Of a DNA stretch of 36,784 nt, positions 22,281 to 35,442 are shown piece after piece. Origin of the DNA: Octopus bimaculoides (taxonomy: Eukaryota); assembly GCF_001194135.2 (NCBI RefSeq), contig NC_068989.1:91543933-91580716 (forward strand), read 5' to 3'. The stretch's first letter is position 1. Each line of letters opens with the position of its first letter. The notes under the pieces were generated by a model. It ran no database searches. It saw nothing but the letters and a program-made list of their open reading frames with translations, and was not told where the DNA came from. Both the position numbers and the translations under genes were made by a program.

Positions 22281-22424
22281 CATATATAATCATATATACA
22301 TGCATACATCCATCCATGTGCACATAAACACACACACACACACACGCATATATATATGGATATACATATATATATATACACATATATACATTTATATATA
22401 TATATATACATGTGTGTGTGTGTG

Positions 22425-22660
22425 TGGTGTTTGTGCCTGTGTTTATCAACACCACCACCACCACTTAACATTCAGTGTTGGTGTGTTTACGTCCCCTAAC
22501 TTAGCTGTTCAGCAAAAGAGACTGATACAATGAGTGCCAGGTAAATAAAAAAAATACTCTTATATTAGGGTCGATTTTTTCAACTAAAATTCTTCAAGAC
22601 AGTGCAGTAGTATGGCCGCAGTTTAATGTCTGAAGCATGTAAAAAATAAAATATAAAAGA
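22425..22660 (+). mobile_element. SINE family A, 3' half
   Basis: GTGTTGGTGTGTTTACGTCCCCTAACTTAGCTGTTCAGCAAAAGAGACTGATA...GGGTCGATTTTTTCAACTAAA...ATGGCCGCAGTTTAATGTCTGAAGCATGTAAAAAATAAAATATAAAAGA. Confidence 0.8.
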
Positions 22661-22694
22661 CATATATATGTATATGTATAGATAAATATAGAAG

Positions 22695-22698
22695 CACC

Positions 22699-22729
<31 letters not shown>

Positions 22730-22765
22730 CCACCACCAAAACCACCACCATCACCTTCATCATCA
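22695..22765. repeat. (CAC)n / (CAT)n trinucleotide repeat
   Basis: Directly visible. Confidence 0.95.
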
Positions 22766-23321
22766 TATCCGCCGTTACTTTCTCCATCAGTCAATCACGT
22801 GTAGATCCCAGAACGGGTTTTCCTTGTATCACTTTCACTTTCAGTTATAATAGGAAAAAAAACAAAAAGAAACTGAACTCCGAACGAAGTAATGTTACTG
22901 GTCTGAACTGAATATCATGTTATATAGAGCTAATTTTAGGAGTTAATTTTGCTTTATAGAGTTACAGATAACGATATAAAGATTAAGGTTTCGTTTAAGC
23001 TTAATATGCCATTGAGCTTTTAGCTGGAAATACACACACACACAAAAAAAAAAAGAAATCAAACGTGTAACACCAACAACACCAACAACAATATAATCTC
23101 AACGATAAATATCATTAGGTGCCCAGAATGATATTGCAAACTAAACCACTGTTTTATTCCCTCTGAGATTTGGTTTTGGTTTTGTTTTTGCTCTCCATAC
23201 GATACCTTTATTTATTTTAAGGTGGAGCGGTGGATATTGTATATTAATCAAAGCCTTTGATCTGAGAAACAACTGTTATTAAAATACTGTTTTATGAATT
23301 TTCATTTCAGCAATTGAGCAG

Positions 23322-23344
23322 AATAATAATAATAATAATAAATA

Positions 23345-23442
<98 letters not shown>

Positions 23443-23493
23443 CAATAACAGTAACAATAGCAACAACAACAACAACAATAATAAGAAGAAGAA
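23322..23493. repeat. Compound trinucleotide repeat (AAT)n grading into (AAC)n and (AAG)n
   Basis: About 115 bp of near-perfect AAT, followed by AAC and AAG units. Confidence 0.97.
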
Positions 23494-23931
23494 TATAGAG
23501 AAAAAGGAATAAGAAAGAGAAAATGTTCTGCCAATGAAATGAACGAACTATTTTATGTTATATATTATATAATTTGTTCTTTTTTTTTGTCTATTTAATT
23601 TTATTATTTTTATTTTTGTTTTCATTGCTTTTGCCTAATACGGTTTGTCTAAACGCTTTGCAAGTAAATTCCCATCGACATTGATACGATAGAAATCGGT
23701 AGCTCATTGAAGCGTGACGGGCAGCTAAACAACATCCGAAATAAATGACAAACTCAACTGCAATTGGGGAATTTTGTCTTAATTTAAAACGAGTGATTAT
23801 TTATGACAAAACGGATGGCTGTTTCTGCCGAGGGAGGAGGAAACCGCTTTTTCTAATATAACCTCAGACAAACAGAATAAATGGTTGGTGCGCTTTGAAG
23901 TAGTCGATCATGCAGGTGATAGAGGCTACGA

Positions 23932-23981
23932 TGACGTCATATACTGGCTGGTGAGAGCGGTGAAGCTACACAAAATGGCGG
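23932..23981 (+). promoter_or_regulatory. CRE palindrome plus YY1-type motif (possible promoter)
   Basis: TGACGTCA at 23932-23939 and CAAAATGGCGG at 23971-23981, in a locally CpG-richer, repeat-free island. Motif match only. Confidence 0.25.
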
Positions 23982-24324
23982 TGGAGAAACTAGAGGATAA
24001 AAGATGGGGTGTGCATATTAGGAACAATATATTGTAGAATACAAAGATGTTCATTTACTCTAGAATTTGTTGTAAACTAGTTTAATTAATGTTAGTAAAT
24101 CCAACACTTGCTAACATAAAGTTTGTTAATTCGTAAAGTCTCAGTTTAGTGTAGCGTAGGAAATACGGAAGGCCGGTTGTTTGTTGATCCAGTGGCACAC
24201 TTTGCCGCTGAGAGATGGGGGCACACACACACATCATATCTCAGAGGGTATCTTTGCCTTCAAGTTTATACTTCCGCAAACATATCTACGAAAATTAACC
24301 TCTCAGGGAGCTTCCTCTCCCTCC

Positions 24325-24403
<79 letters not shown>

Positions 24404-24630
24404 CATCTATCTGCCTACCTACCTACCAATAGATCTATCAATCTATCTATCTGTATATGTATGTATGTATGTATGTATGTATTATCTATCTGTCTGTCTG
24501 TCCATCTAACTATCATATATCTATCTATGTATCTATCTATATCTATCTATATGTGAGTGTGGTTTGTAGGTATGTATGTATATACACGTAAGGATACATA
24601 CATGCATACATACATATATACATACATACA

Positions 24631-24664
<34 letters not shown>

Positions 24665-24670
24665 CATACA
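24325..24670. repeat. (TATC)n/(TATG)n/(TACA)n tetranucleotide tracts
   Basis: Directly visible. Confidence 0.95.
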
Positions 24671-25624
24671 TTGTAGAAAAAATATACAATGCTATTCGGA
24701 AATTTAAATAAAAAACTTCCTTGGAATAAATATAGAGACTCCTCCTGTTGATGATGAGACATCAACACATGAAATACTGGTGGAACATTCCCATCAAAAC
24801 GTCTATGAAGTGTAAACATAACAGGCCGGTTATTGTTTGAGACAAAGAGGAAAAAGTATGTTGCACATTTACAAAAATATGCCAAACTTTTCTCACGTTT
24901 AAAATGTGACATCGCTTTTGTTACCTGAATTCAAACGGTAGAGTTTTGTATCTTTGTTAGAAACAAAAGTGAACATGCATACATGTGTGTACGAGGACAT
25001 GTACTGTAATTTTCAAAATACGTTAGGATCATAAAAGATGGTTTCTACCATATCAGGATATTTGAAAAATGCTGAGATTCTACATCAAAACCAGAGTCAA
25101 GTTTATTGTGAAGATCAATGTGAATGGGACTTGAGGTTTTGCCTTTTCACTTGTTGAACCCGCGAAGAGAGCTTCACCTGAAACTGTAAAAGAAATAGAG
25201 CCTCATCAAGAGAATTCGTCTTTCATGTTGGGTTTTACAATTTCTTACAAACCACAAAGAAATGAATTTATATTTTATTCTAAATAGTAACCTAAATATT
25301 TGGCTAAAAAGAAAGGAGCTAATTTAGTATAGCGTTCTGAAAATGTAAAAAGAATGATTGGCGAGAAGTTGGAGAGATAGAATGAGAGAACGATGTTTAT
25401 TCGAATTGCTCATAATATGTTCAAAATTAAAATAGGAGCTAATTGCAGTTCAAGGTAGCTTTTAAATAAAATAATTTGACAAAGATTTTATTCCCGAAAG
25501 ATACAGTCGTATGAAACTCATTTGAAAGATATTTGACTTTATCTCTCTCTCTCTCTCTCTCTCTCTTTCTACACCCCGCTACACACACAGAGACACACAA
25601 ACACACACACACATACGCGTACAT

Positions 25625-25783
25625 GACGGACCTTTAGTTTCCGTCTACGAAATTCACTCACAAGTCTTTGGTCGACGCGAGGTTAAAGTAGAAGACAGTT
25701 GTACAAGGTGCCACGCTCTTGTACTGAACCCACAACCATGTGTTTGGGAGCTAAACTTTTTAATACGCAGCCACGCCTCCGCC
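25625..25783 (-). mobile_element. SINE family A, 5' half followed by (TG)n/(AG)n
   Basis: Reverse complement reads GGCGGAGGCGTGGCTGCGT...CACATGGTTGTGGGTTCAGTAC...GTGGCACCTTGTACAACTGTCTTCTAC...GACTTGTGAGTGAATTTCGTAGACGGAAACTAAAGGTCCGTC. Confidence 0.8.
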
Positions 25784-26576
25784 TATAAATATTGTTTATT
25801 CAGGTCGATCAATTCGCCTGTTACTAAGGAGTTTTCTCCCATGTGTAGTCGGTTCCTCAGAGAGATTAATATATAAAGGGCATCGAGTTGTGACGACAGA
25901 TAGATAGGGACATACGATTGGCTGAACTCAGAATAAAAGTAAACTGAAGAAGATATTAGAAAAGGCTTGTAAATGTATTCATAAGCACACGCAAACAAAC
26001 ATACACGAGAACATACAAACTCGGCAATGACCCAAAGGAGAGCAGTAACAGAAAAAATAAACGGACGAACTTGTAGAAGGTGAAGTATGTCTGCGTGTGC
26101 GCGCATGAGTGTATGTATGAGGGAGAGAGAGAGAGAGAGAGAGCGATGGAAAAGAAGTCTGAGTGGACAGTATAATCACGTGAATGAAGAAAATAAAAAA
26201 AGTTTCAACAACAAAGAAGAGAAAAAAGAGAAAATATATTGCAAAAAAAGAAAACGAAGCACGCTCTCATGTACATAAAGATAAGAAGCTGCTAGTCATT
26301 CCGTCATCATCTGGGAGCTATAAAAGGGTGAATGGGGAGGAGGGTAGAGTGTTTTTGAATATCAAAAATTACCTCAAAAATTAGAAACGCAGAATGAAGT
26401 ACAACAGGAATATAATATAGAATATATTAAAATATGCAGTCTTTGGGGGACAAATTTATTCAAAATTATTCTTAGATTATACAATCCGAAATCGTCGCGT
26501 TTTATTAAGTTGCATTCTCTTGAATCAACATGCTTTTTTATAGTATTCCATTGCACATTGATAATAATTCTCTCTA

Positions 26577-26637
<61 letters not shown>
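26577..26637. repeat. (ATT)n microsatellite
   Basis: About 19 perfect units. Confidence 0.97.
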
Positions 26638-26948
26638 TTCTGGCATTTTTTTATCAAGAATTTTCTATTTACATTTCTAGGAAGGAAAGATAAATAAAAC
26701 ATAAAGGCAATATATATGTTTGGCCCGTATATGTGTATAATCCATCGTCGGATGCCTACTGAGACTCGTACAAGTGACACTGATGGACGACATCTTCCGA
26801 TGCTGCCAATTTTCCTCTGGGCAACCAAATTCATACGCTGCGTTGTTTACTACAGCAGGGATTTCTTCCAATGACATTGATCGAGTATTGGTTATTGGTT
26901 ATAGGTTCAGATCTAACATTTTTTAGTGGTCTATATAATGATGGCTTA

Positions 26949-27062
26949 GATAGCGAGCTGGTAGGATGCTTAGCGGTTTTACTTCCTGATGTCTACGTCG
27001 TGAGTTCAAATTCCGCCCGGAAGTCAACTTCGTCTTTCATCTCTTCGTGGTCAATAAGAAGT
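26949..27062 (+). mobile_element. SINE family B, partial
   Basis: GCGAGCTGG...ATGCTTAGCGGT...GAGTTCAAATTCCGCCCGGAAGTCAACTTCGTCTTTCATCTCTTCGTGGTCAATAAG. Confidence 0.75.
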
Positions 27063-27735
27063 CAAACAGCTAGGCTCGATGTCTTCGGCTTCTCTCCTTT
27101 CCTCAAAAGATTCTGGCTTTGAATACTGCAACGGACAGGTATTTCGACCTGGAGAAATGTAGTGATCTTGGACACTTGTACACCATAGAAATTATAAAAC
27201 AAAAGAACACGTGACCCAAGCATATTAAGAAAGTACTATTCAACCAGCGATACACGACAGGATTACACCAGCTATTGAAATGTAACTTTATTGTGTCTTT
27301 TCTATAAGTGTTTCCGTGGTCATTGCTCAAATACATTTCGTTCTGGTCCCCTGTCAGGATCTTTAAACGAGTCACTCTCTTCTCTTCCCAGATGTATCTT
27401 TTCTGTGTTGAATTTCCTGTTAGTCGTAAGTTCTTTTATCCTAATACCCTTCTTTTCTCACTCTACTGCTCTCTGAAACTGACTGTCATCGTCTTTTTCC
27501 TCTGGGTTCTGTCAATCAACATCTTTTTGTATTTGCATATCCTTTTATTTCTTTCCCTGTAGACCGTTATCCCAGGGAGTCCTCAAGCCTTTTTAGGGAC
27601 AAAATCAGATGAAAATTAATCGATGCGCTGCTTTGATATCTCAATCCTCTTAGAAGTTCTTGTCGAGATATACTTAGTCCAGTATAAAGGCATAAAAATA
27701 TTAACTGTTGCATTAAGTTGAATAGATTTAATAGA

Positions 27736-28352
27736 TTGCTGGCGAATCCAAGCGTTGGTCTTCTTGCGATGTGATGTCTCATTCCATTTTCCACTGGGCT
27801 ACAGTGAGGGTGTTCATGATGTTAGTGCTCAGAGCCAATGTTTCACTGCCATTGATTTATTACTGGCAGAATGTTGATGATTTTTTGTTTAATTTTTGTG
27901 GACGCCGTGAGATATCTCATGAGGTTTTCCACCATCCTAAAGGCCGCCCAACCAAGGGCTATTCTTTCGATTTCCGATTGAAGATTTCCGTCTTTAGTCA
28001 TCATCCTTCCCAGGTAAACGTAGCTGTTTACCTCGTCTATGTCACTTACAATGGTGGGCGCTGGTGTAACGTGCATCTTGGACATGATGACATCATAAAA
28101 ACAAACAGTCAAGAATAACTATAGATAGGTTGGTCACATCGCGCGACTGAAGGACAACAGATGGAGCGTCAGGGTGAAGGAATGGATTACAAGATAATAG
28201 ACAAAATCCAGAGATCCATCAACGATGGGATAAAGAGATGGTCTCGGCTGCTATCTGGGGCCTACATGTCCACGACCGGCCAGATACAGACAGCAGTGGA
28301 AGGAGTCCAAAAAAGGATTCCTTCTTCGGGAATGATAAAGCCATATCTAAGT
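27736..28352. mobile_element. RTE-clade LINE 3' fragment with 5' inversion (minus 28090-27736, plus 28086-28352)
   Basis: Minus strand: IDEVNSYVYLGRMMTKDGNLQSEIERIALGWAAF...ILPV...GSETLAL...LTVAQWKME...RKKTNAWIRQQ. Plus strand: DDIIKT..KNNYR*VGHIARLKDNRWSVRVKEWI...PSTRWDKEM...DRQQWKE...GFLLRE**. These are consecutive RTE C-terminal motifs on opposite strands. Confidence 0.85.
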
Positions 28353-28726
28353 GTAAGGAAATGATTGCTATAAATGATGGTTGGTAATTTCAGTATTTAT
28401 TTTTTGTGTCTTTTCTGTTGCCGTTGCAAGTTGAACGTGGTTAAGTTTAATACACGTAATTGTTTTCACATATATTTACAAGATACCGATTCCCGAGTAT
28501 CGATTTTCTAATGCGATCATTAATAAACATAAAACTAGAAAATATAATAAACATCACCAATTCTAACTAATTTCTTGAGGAACTAGTCGCCGATAAGCTG
28601 GAAAATCGAAGGCAGAAAATATTCAGAAAAATTTATTTGATAAAATGCAAAGAAATAAACTTATCTCATGCAAATAGGAATGCTGTCTTCAGGAATTTGT
28701 TTCTAAAATTAAGCCGAGGTAGTCAA

Positions 28727-28943
28727 GGCGGAGAGCTGGTTGAATCGTTAGCACGCCAGGCAAAATACTTGGCGGCATTTCGTCGGTCTTTACGTTCTCA
28801 GTTCAAATTCCGCATTAGGCGACTTTGCTTTTCCTCATATCGGAATCGACAAGATAAATACCAGTTGAGCACTGGGTTGATGTAATCGAGTAGCTGGGTG
28901 TGTGCCAAATTGCAGGCTTTGTGCCAAAACTTGAAACCAAAAT
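28727..28943 (+). mobile_element. SINE family B, full length
   Basis: GGCGGAGAGCTGGTTGAATCGTTAGCACGCCAGGC...CAGTTCAAATTCCGC...GACTTTGCTTTTCCTCAT...AAATACCAGTTGAGCACTGGGTTGATGTAATCGA...GCTTTGTGCCAAAACTTGAAACCA. Confidence 0.88.
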
Positions 28944-29279
28944 CATGTTGAACTTTTTATCACACACAACACTGTGCTCAGATTCAGTTTGTGATTCCGA
29001 AGCAACAGCACTCTTTGAACTGCAGTTTCAAGCGGTTCAGTATTATTTGAGCGGTATTGATAACTGTGGTGCCCCGCCACTTGCCACTTGCTTGGCAAAA
29101 TGATTGCATGTGTGACTGGAGAGGAAACGTCAAGTTTCTTTTGGATATCAATGTCACAGGCATTACTGCTCGGTAACGCTGCAGAAGACGAGACTGTTGG
29201 CCATAAAACGAAGTTTTAATGATCTTTAGTTGGAGCAACGGAATGTTCACTTGTGCCCATAGTTTATAGACGCATTCAC

Positions 29280-29326
<47 letters not shown>

Positions 29327-29329
<3 letters not shown>

Positions 29330-29654
29330 GTACTCCGTCGATTACGACGATAAGTCTTCCAGTTGATCCGATCAAAGGAACAGCCTGCTTGTGAAATTAA
29401 CGTGCAAGTGGCTGAGCATTCCACAGACACACGTACCCTTAACGTACTTATCAGGGAGATTCAACGTGCCACAGGTCGTGACAAGGCTGGCCCCTTTTGA
29501 ATTGCAGGTACAACTCATTCTTGCCTGCAGAGTGGACTGGAGCAGCTTGAAATAAAGTGTCTTGCTCAAGGACACAATCGCGCTGCCGGGAATCGGACCC
29601 ACAACCTTACGAGCATGAGCCGAGTAAGCTAACCACAGGCTCACACGCCTTCAC
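29327..29654 (-). mobile_element. tRNA-derived SINE, family C, full length, (TG)n tail
   Basis: Reverse complement reads GTGAAGGCGTGTGAGCCTGTGGTTAGC...GGTCCGATTCCCGGC (B-box-like) ...GTGTCCTTGAGCAAGACACTTTATTTC...GGGCCAGCCTTGTC...GATCGGATCAACTGG...CGACGGAGTACCAG, then (TG)n. Confidence 0.8.
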
Positions 29655-30406
29655 TATACACACACACATGTACGTACTCATATGTGTGTATTTGTGTGAG
29701 TTTGAGTATGCACGTTTGCTTGTCTTAGCTGTATCAACATGAATGTTCTTAATAAAGCGGTTATTTGTATGAGAAACCTTCAGCATGTAATCATTTGATT
29801 GGACGATATTTTTCGAAATGTTCAATGCTTCTATCGAGAAGAATCAACGGCAGCAAAACCATTGTCACGTGGTCATCCAAGCAGTCCAAAGTAACAGCTA
29901 CATCTCTCTCAATCTCCCTCTATTTTTCTCTCTCTCTCTCTCTCTCTCTGACTCTTTCCCTATCTCTCTCACACACACACACTCCCTCTTCTGGAACTAT
30001 ATAATATACACGCAATAAGGACTGCATTCAATCTTTGGTTATTGGATTGTGTTCTTTGTAATGAATTTCTTGCAAGAACATATGTAACTGAAATATTTTC
30101 ATATTTTCACATTTTAACTCTTCAACGCAGCTGATTGAATATATTTCCAACTGCAATAAGAATAAGTAAGTGATTCACAGGAAAGTGTAAGCTACTTTGC
30201 AAAACGATCTCAAGTGAACGGATAGCAACTTTACCTATTCACAAAATCGCAAATGTATAATTCACTTTGAAACTGTGTAGTAGCAAATATGTCAACGGAA
30301 ATAATGCACACACATACATCATAAATACATGCATACTCACACACACACACACACACATACATACATACAGACAGACAGACAAACAGATATATATTTATAT
30401 ATCTAT

Positions 30407-30603
30407 ATATTCTTTTATTCTTTTATTTGTTTCAGTCACTTGGCTGTGGCCATGCTGGAGCACCACCTTTAATCGAACGAATCGACCCCAGAAATTATTC
30501 TTTGCAAACCTAGTACTTATTCGATCGGTTTCTTTTACCCAACCGCTAGGTTACGGGGACGTAAATACTTAACATCGGTTGCCAGGCGATGGTGGTGGGG
30601 GGA
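30407..30603 (-). mobile_element. SINE family A, 3' half
   Basis: TATTCTTTTATTCTTTTATTTGTTTCAGTCACTTGGCTGTGGCCATGCTGGAGCACCACCTTTAATCGAACGAATCGACCCCAG...CCGCTAGGTTACGGGGACGTAAA. Confidence 0.88.
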
Positions 30604-31194
30604 CCGATGGGGGCTGTAAGTAAATTTGGTAGAAGAGGCTGTAATATAGAACACAGTTGCCCAATGTATCGCTCATTGGACTGACACTCTCCGCCATGTG
30701 ATTGCTAAGCGAAGTTCTTACAGACGCAGCCATAAATTAAAATGCAACAAAAATATTTTTTTATATCCTTTTATTGGATATATAATATATATAAGGAAGC
30801 AGGGAAGAAGAAAGTGTATACACGACACACTACTATTAGTATTAGACGATTATCAAAGCTCTATATCAAAGGCTCACTGTGAACTGCTATCAATACGAAC
30901 TGCCAATCGCTTACAGTTCTTTAATATACAACAATGAGTCAGTCCACCTTTTATCACTTCGGAGATGGTCGGAATACTTCCACAACATACATATATACGG
31001 CAATAAGCAAATCAAGCCGGATTATATGAGTGGAATGAAATGCATTTTATCATAGACTACGGATTTAGAGCGTTAAGTCTACTTCCGAAGGAAAATGACC
31101 CTACTGACGTTCTGACGAACTGCGACAATTTTCTGTCAATACAATTTCGCCACGCAATGCTTATTTGTTGTTCATCCGGGGACATAATATAATG

Positions 31195-31260
31195 TTTAGC
31201 CAAATACCGTGCTGTAGGATTGATCTCAAAATGACTTGCTTTGCCATACAACCACACCTT
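31195..31260 (-). mobile_element. Very degraded SINE family A head fragment
   Basis: GCCAAATACCGTGCTGTAGGATTGA...TTGCTTTGCCATACAACCACACC loosely matches the reverse complement of the family A head. Confidence 0.35.
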
Positions 31261-31454
31261 TTTGTGTGTGTGTGTGTGTGGGGGGACTAATACTGATATT
31301 TATCTCACATTGATACGTGATAAATTGCTAAGGCAATAATACATTTGTCACAACAACGACGAGTCCTTACAAAACACAAGATGTTAGAAACGAGGCGGAA
31401 GAGATATTACGATAATGCTTATCACCTGAGCAGAATAGAATAAAACAACACACT

Positions 31455-31461
31455 TACAAAT

Positions 31462-31493
<32 letters not shown>

Positions 31494-31499
31494 ACAGGC

Positions 31500-31530
<31 letters not shown>

Positions 31531-31924
31531 GGCACATACACACGCTCACACACACACGCATACACACGTACACACACACACACGCGCACACACACATATA
31601 CATATATAGATATGTAGATACACACTCGCACTCACACAATGATATATATATATATATATATACTTATATACATGTACACATACATGCACGCACATACTAA
31701 TCCAGACATACGCACACACGGAAGCGAAGACGAAGAAGAAGAAATTATGGTGATGAGGAGGAGGAGGGGAGGATGAAGTTGATGACAACGATGGCGTGGG
31801 CGTTGACGACGACGGTGACAATGATGATATGGTCGGAAAGGATAAAAATAGAATACTACTTTATAACACTATTCACACACACACACACACGCGCGCGCGC
31901 AGGCACAGACACACACACGCATGT

Positions 31925-31958
<34 letters not shown>

Positions 31959-31965
31959 GAGCTGC
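31455..31965. repeat. (CA)n/(AT)n, (GAA)/(GAG)/(GAC) and (CG)n-containing microsatellite tracts
   Basis: Directly visible. Confidence 0.9.
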
Positions 31966-33784
31966 ACAAACACACAAAGAAAACTCCCCCTCCCCCACGC
32001 CCCGCTTTCAATATCTGACTCTTGCAAGCAAATCCGTAAGGATATTGAGGTGTCGAGGTCAAATATTGTGTCGTCGTAACGTATAGAGAATCCCTAATGA
32101 ACAGGACCTTTCGCAAAAGCTTCTCAGATTTTGTTTGAATATACAACGAACTTTTAGAATGATTGACACTGACAGAATATTCAGCGCAAAGAATGATTTC
32201 AGGCAAATGTTATTCATAGCCATTTCTGTCGCTGTTTCTTCTCTTCCTCTCTCTTTCTCTCTCCACTTAATTTGTTAGCTTGTCCTGGTTTCTGCTCTCT
32301 TTATCTTTCCTCTCCCTAGTTCTAAATTTCCCCATAATCGTTTTACCCGCAAAGAATCAGTTATTCATTGGAAATATGAGGAACGCTAAGCACAATATGA
32401 AAGTCGTGTATTCAAAACGGAAAGAGCGATAAATAAACGTGGGGAACATGTAAATGAAAGGTCAGTTGTTTCATTCCTCTCAACGAGTTATCCTTCCAAG
32501 CTGTACACTTGTACATGCGCACACAGCTTTTAGAACAAGCGTACAAAGGAATGAATAGAGTGCGTACGTAAAATTTCAAGATAAAATCGAAATTTCGAAT
32601 TGAAGAAACTGGAACATTGTGTTCACTATTCGCAAAGATAGATAAAATTTGTGTACAAGATATCTCGAAAGAAGGATAAATAAATGTATGGTAAATAAAC
32701 CAAGAGATGAGTAGTTTGAATACTGCCAACCGGTTTTCTCTTTTAGCAGTGTGTTTGTGCATAAATACATATCTTTTACAAGAAGCGCACAAACGGGAAA
32801 CACTATTCGCAAACAAATTAATGAAATAAAAATTTCTTTTCAATGGAACAAATTTCAGAGAAGCGCACATACTTTCTAAGATAAGACAAAATATACATGC
32901 AAGTAAAATGGCAAATTTCTGAGCTTAAGAAAACATTGCTTTCAACCCAACAGTTTTGTTGTAGCTGTTGTTGATATTTAGCGTAAAACCATCCAAGACT
33001 GCGCAGATCTGTGGTTAAAATGGTTCAGATTCTTCCATCAGTCTTAAAAGAATTCATATATATANNNNNNNNNNNNNNNNNNNNNNNNNNNNNNNNNNNN
33101 NNNNNNNNNNNNNNNNNNNNNNNNNNNNNNNNNNNNNNNNNNNNNNNNNNNNNNNNNNNNNNNNNNNNNNNNNNNNNNNNNNNNNNNNNNNNNNNNNNNN
33201 NNNNNNNNNNNNNNNNNNNNNNNNNNNNNNNNNNNNNNNNNNNNNNNNNNNNNNNNNNNNNNNNNNNNNNNNNNNNNNNNNNNNNNNNNNNNNNNNNNNN
33301 NNNNNNNNNNNNNNNNNNNNNNNNNNNNNNNNNNNNNNNNNNNNNNNNNNNNNNNNNNNNNNNNNNNNNNNNNNNNNNNNNNNNNNNNNNNNNNNNNNNN
33401 NNNNNNNNNNNNNNNNNNNNNNNNNNNNNNNNNNNNNNNNNNNNNNNNNNNNNNNNNNNNNNNNNNNNNNNNNNNNNNNNNNNNNNNNNNNNNNNNNNNN
33501 NNNNNNNNNNNNNNNNNNNNNNNNNNNNNNNNNNNNNNNNNNNNNNNNNNNNNNNNNNNNNNNNNNNNNNNNNNNNNNNNNNNNNNNNNNNNNNNNNNNN
33601 NNNNNNNNNNNNNNNNNNNNNNNNNNNNNNNNNNNNNNNNNNNNNNNNNNNNNNNNNNNNNNNNNNNNNNNNNNNNNNNNNNNNNNNNNNNNNNNNNNNN
33701 NNNNNNNNNNNNNNNNNNNNNNNNNNNNNNNNNNNNNNNNNNNNNNNNNNNNNNNNNNNNNGTTATTGTAACAAACATTAGTAT

Positions 33785-33853
33785 AAACATATATATATAT
33801 ATATATACATATATACATGTGCATATGCATGCGTCTATGCATATATATATCTA

Positions 33854-33904
<51 letters not shown>

Positions 33905-34838
33905 GTATATGTATGTGTCTATATATATATATATGTACATGTGTATATGTGTCTATATATATATATATACATATATACATGTGCATATATATGTCTATGT
34001 ATATATTTAGACATGTGTATATGTATATGTGTCTATATATACATAAATATATATGCATATGTATATGTATATATATATGTGTGTGTGTGTGTATGTGTGT
34101 GTGTGTGTCTGTGTGTGTGCGTGTGTATCACCGAGGGCATTGTGTTTGTCAACTGACTGTGTATCTTCAGGGCAATGTGTATTTATGGTTTATCCTGTGA
34201 TATTAATGCGAATGCATATATGTACACATCCACCAATCTTTGCATGTATGAGTGCACTAGAGACTTCCTGAGAATATTTCCATGTGTGCCTGAGTACGTG
34301 CATGTATGTACGTGTGTGTGTGTGTATGTGCGTCCGTGTTTGTTTGTGAGTCTATTTAAGTATCGAAATATAATATATATGGGGTGTTAACTTTGTCAAA
34401 TTAGCATCGGCAAAAGCACATATATTGTTATCATCTGCCAACTTGTCAACCAGACCATATGTGTTAGGAAAGATTAATATCATATCCTATACATAACTGT
34501 ACATAAATATGACTTTCATCCAACAGCCACCTACCGCCTTTCCCTCAGTTACTCTTTTTCCTCATCTATATAAAGATATGAGCGTGTGCATGTCTGCATG
34601 AACTTGACTATATGTGTGTGTGTGTTCGTGTGCGTTTGTATGTGTGTGTGTAGTTGTGTGTATACACACGAAACGTCCATTTCTGTATTTATAAATAGTC
34701 AAATGCAGAGACATGCAAGTGTAGATATAAATATTAATACATGAAGGTATACATACATGCACATGTACTCCCACACACATACATGCATATACATCTATAT
34801 GTATATATATATATATATAAATATATATATATACATAT

Positions 34839-34887
<49 letters not shown>

Positions 34888-35396
34888 NNNNNNNNNNNNN
34901 NNNNNNNNNNNNNNNNNNNNNNNNNNNNNNNNNNNNNNNNNNNNNNNNNNNNNNNNNNNNNNNNNNNNNNNNNNNNNNNNNNNNNNNNNNNNNNNNNNNN
35001 NNNNNNNNNNNNNNNNNNNNNNNNNNNNNNNNNNNNNNNNNNNNNNNNNNNNNNNNNNNNNNNNNNNNNNNNNNNNNNNNNNNNNNNNNNNNNNNNNNNN
35101 NNNNNNNNNNNNNNNNNNNNNNNNNNNNNNNNNNNNNNNNNNNNNNNNNNNNNNNNNNNNNNNNNNNNNNNNNNNNNNNNNNNNNNNNNNNNNNNNNNNN
35201 NNNNNNNNNNNNNNNNNNNNNNNNNNNNNNNNNNNNNNNNNNNNNNNNNNNNNNNNNNNNNNNNNNNNNNNNNNNNNNNNNNNNNNNNNNNNNNNNNNNN
35301 NNNNNNNNNNNNNNNNNNNNNNNNNNNNNNNNNNNNNNNNNNNNNNNNNNNNNNNNNNNNNNNNNNNNNNNNNNNNNNNNNNNNNNNNNNNNNNNN

Positions 35397-35442
<46 letters not shown>

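Noticed and set aside
23307-23534. Poly-Tyr/Cys ORF, and the poly-Asn/poly-Ile ORFs at 26374-26834
   Set aside because: They are readings of (AAT)n/(ATT)n repeats with no splice or codon evidence.
24990-25140. Possible 5' end of another mariner (TACGAGG..., KTRVKFIVK)
   Set aside because: The similarity is too short and degraded to support without a database search.
26677-26877. Protein-like ORF MSLEEIPAVVNNAAYEFGCPEENWQHRK... as a host exon
   Set aside because: An in-frame stop lies just upstream, there is no polypyrimidine/AG acceptor, and I recognise no family.
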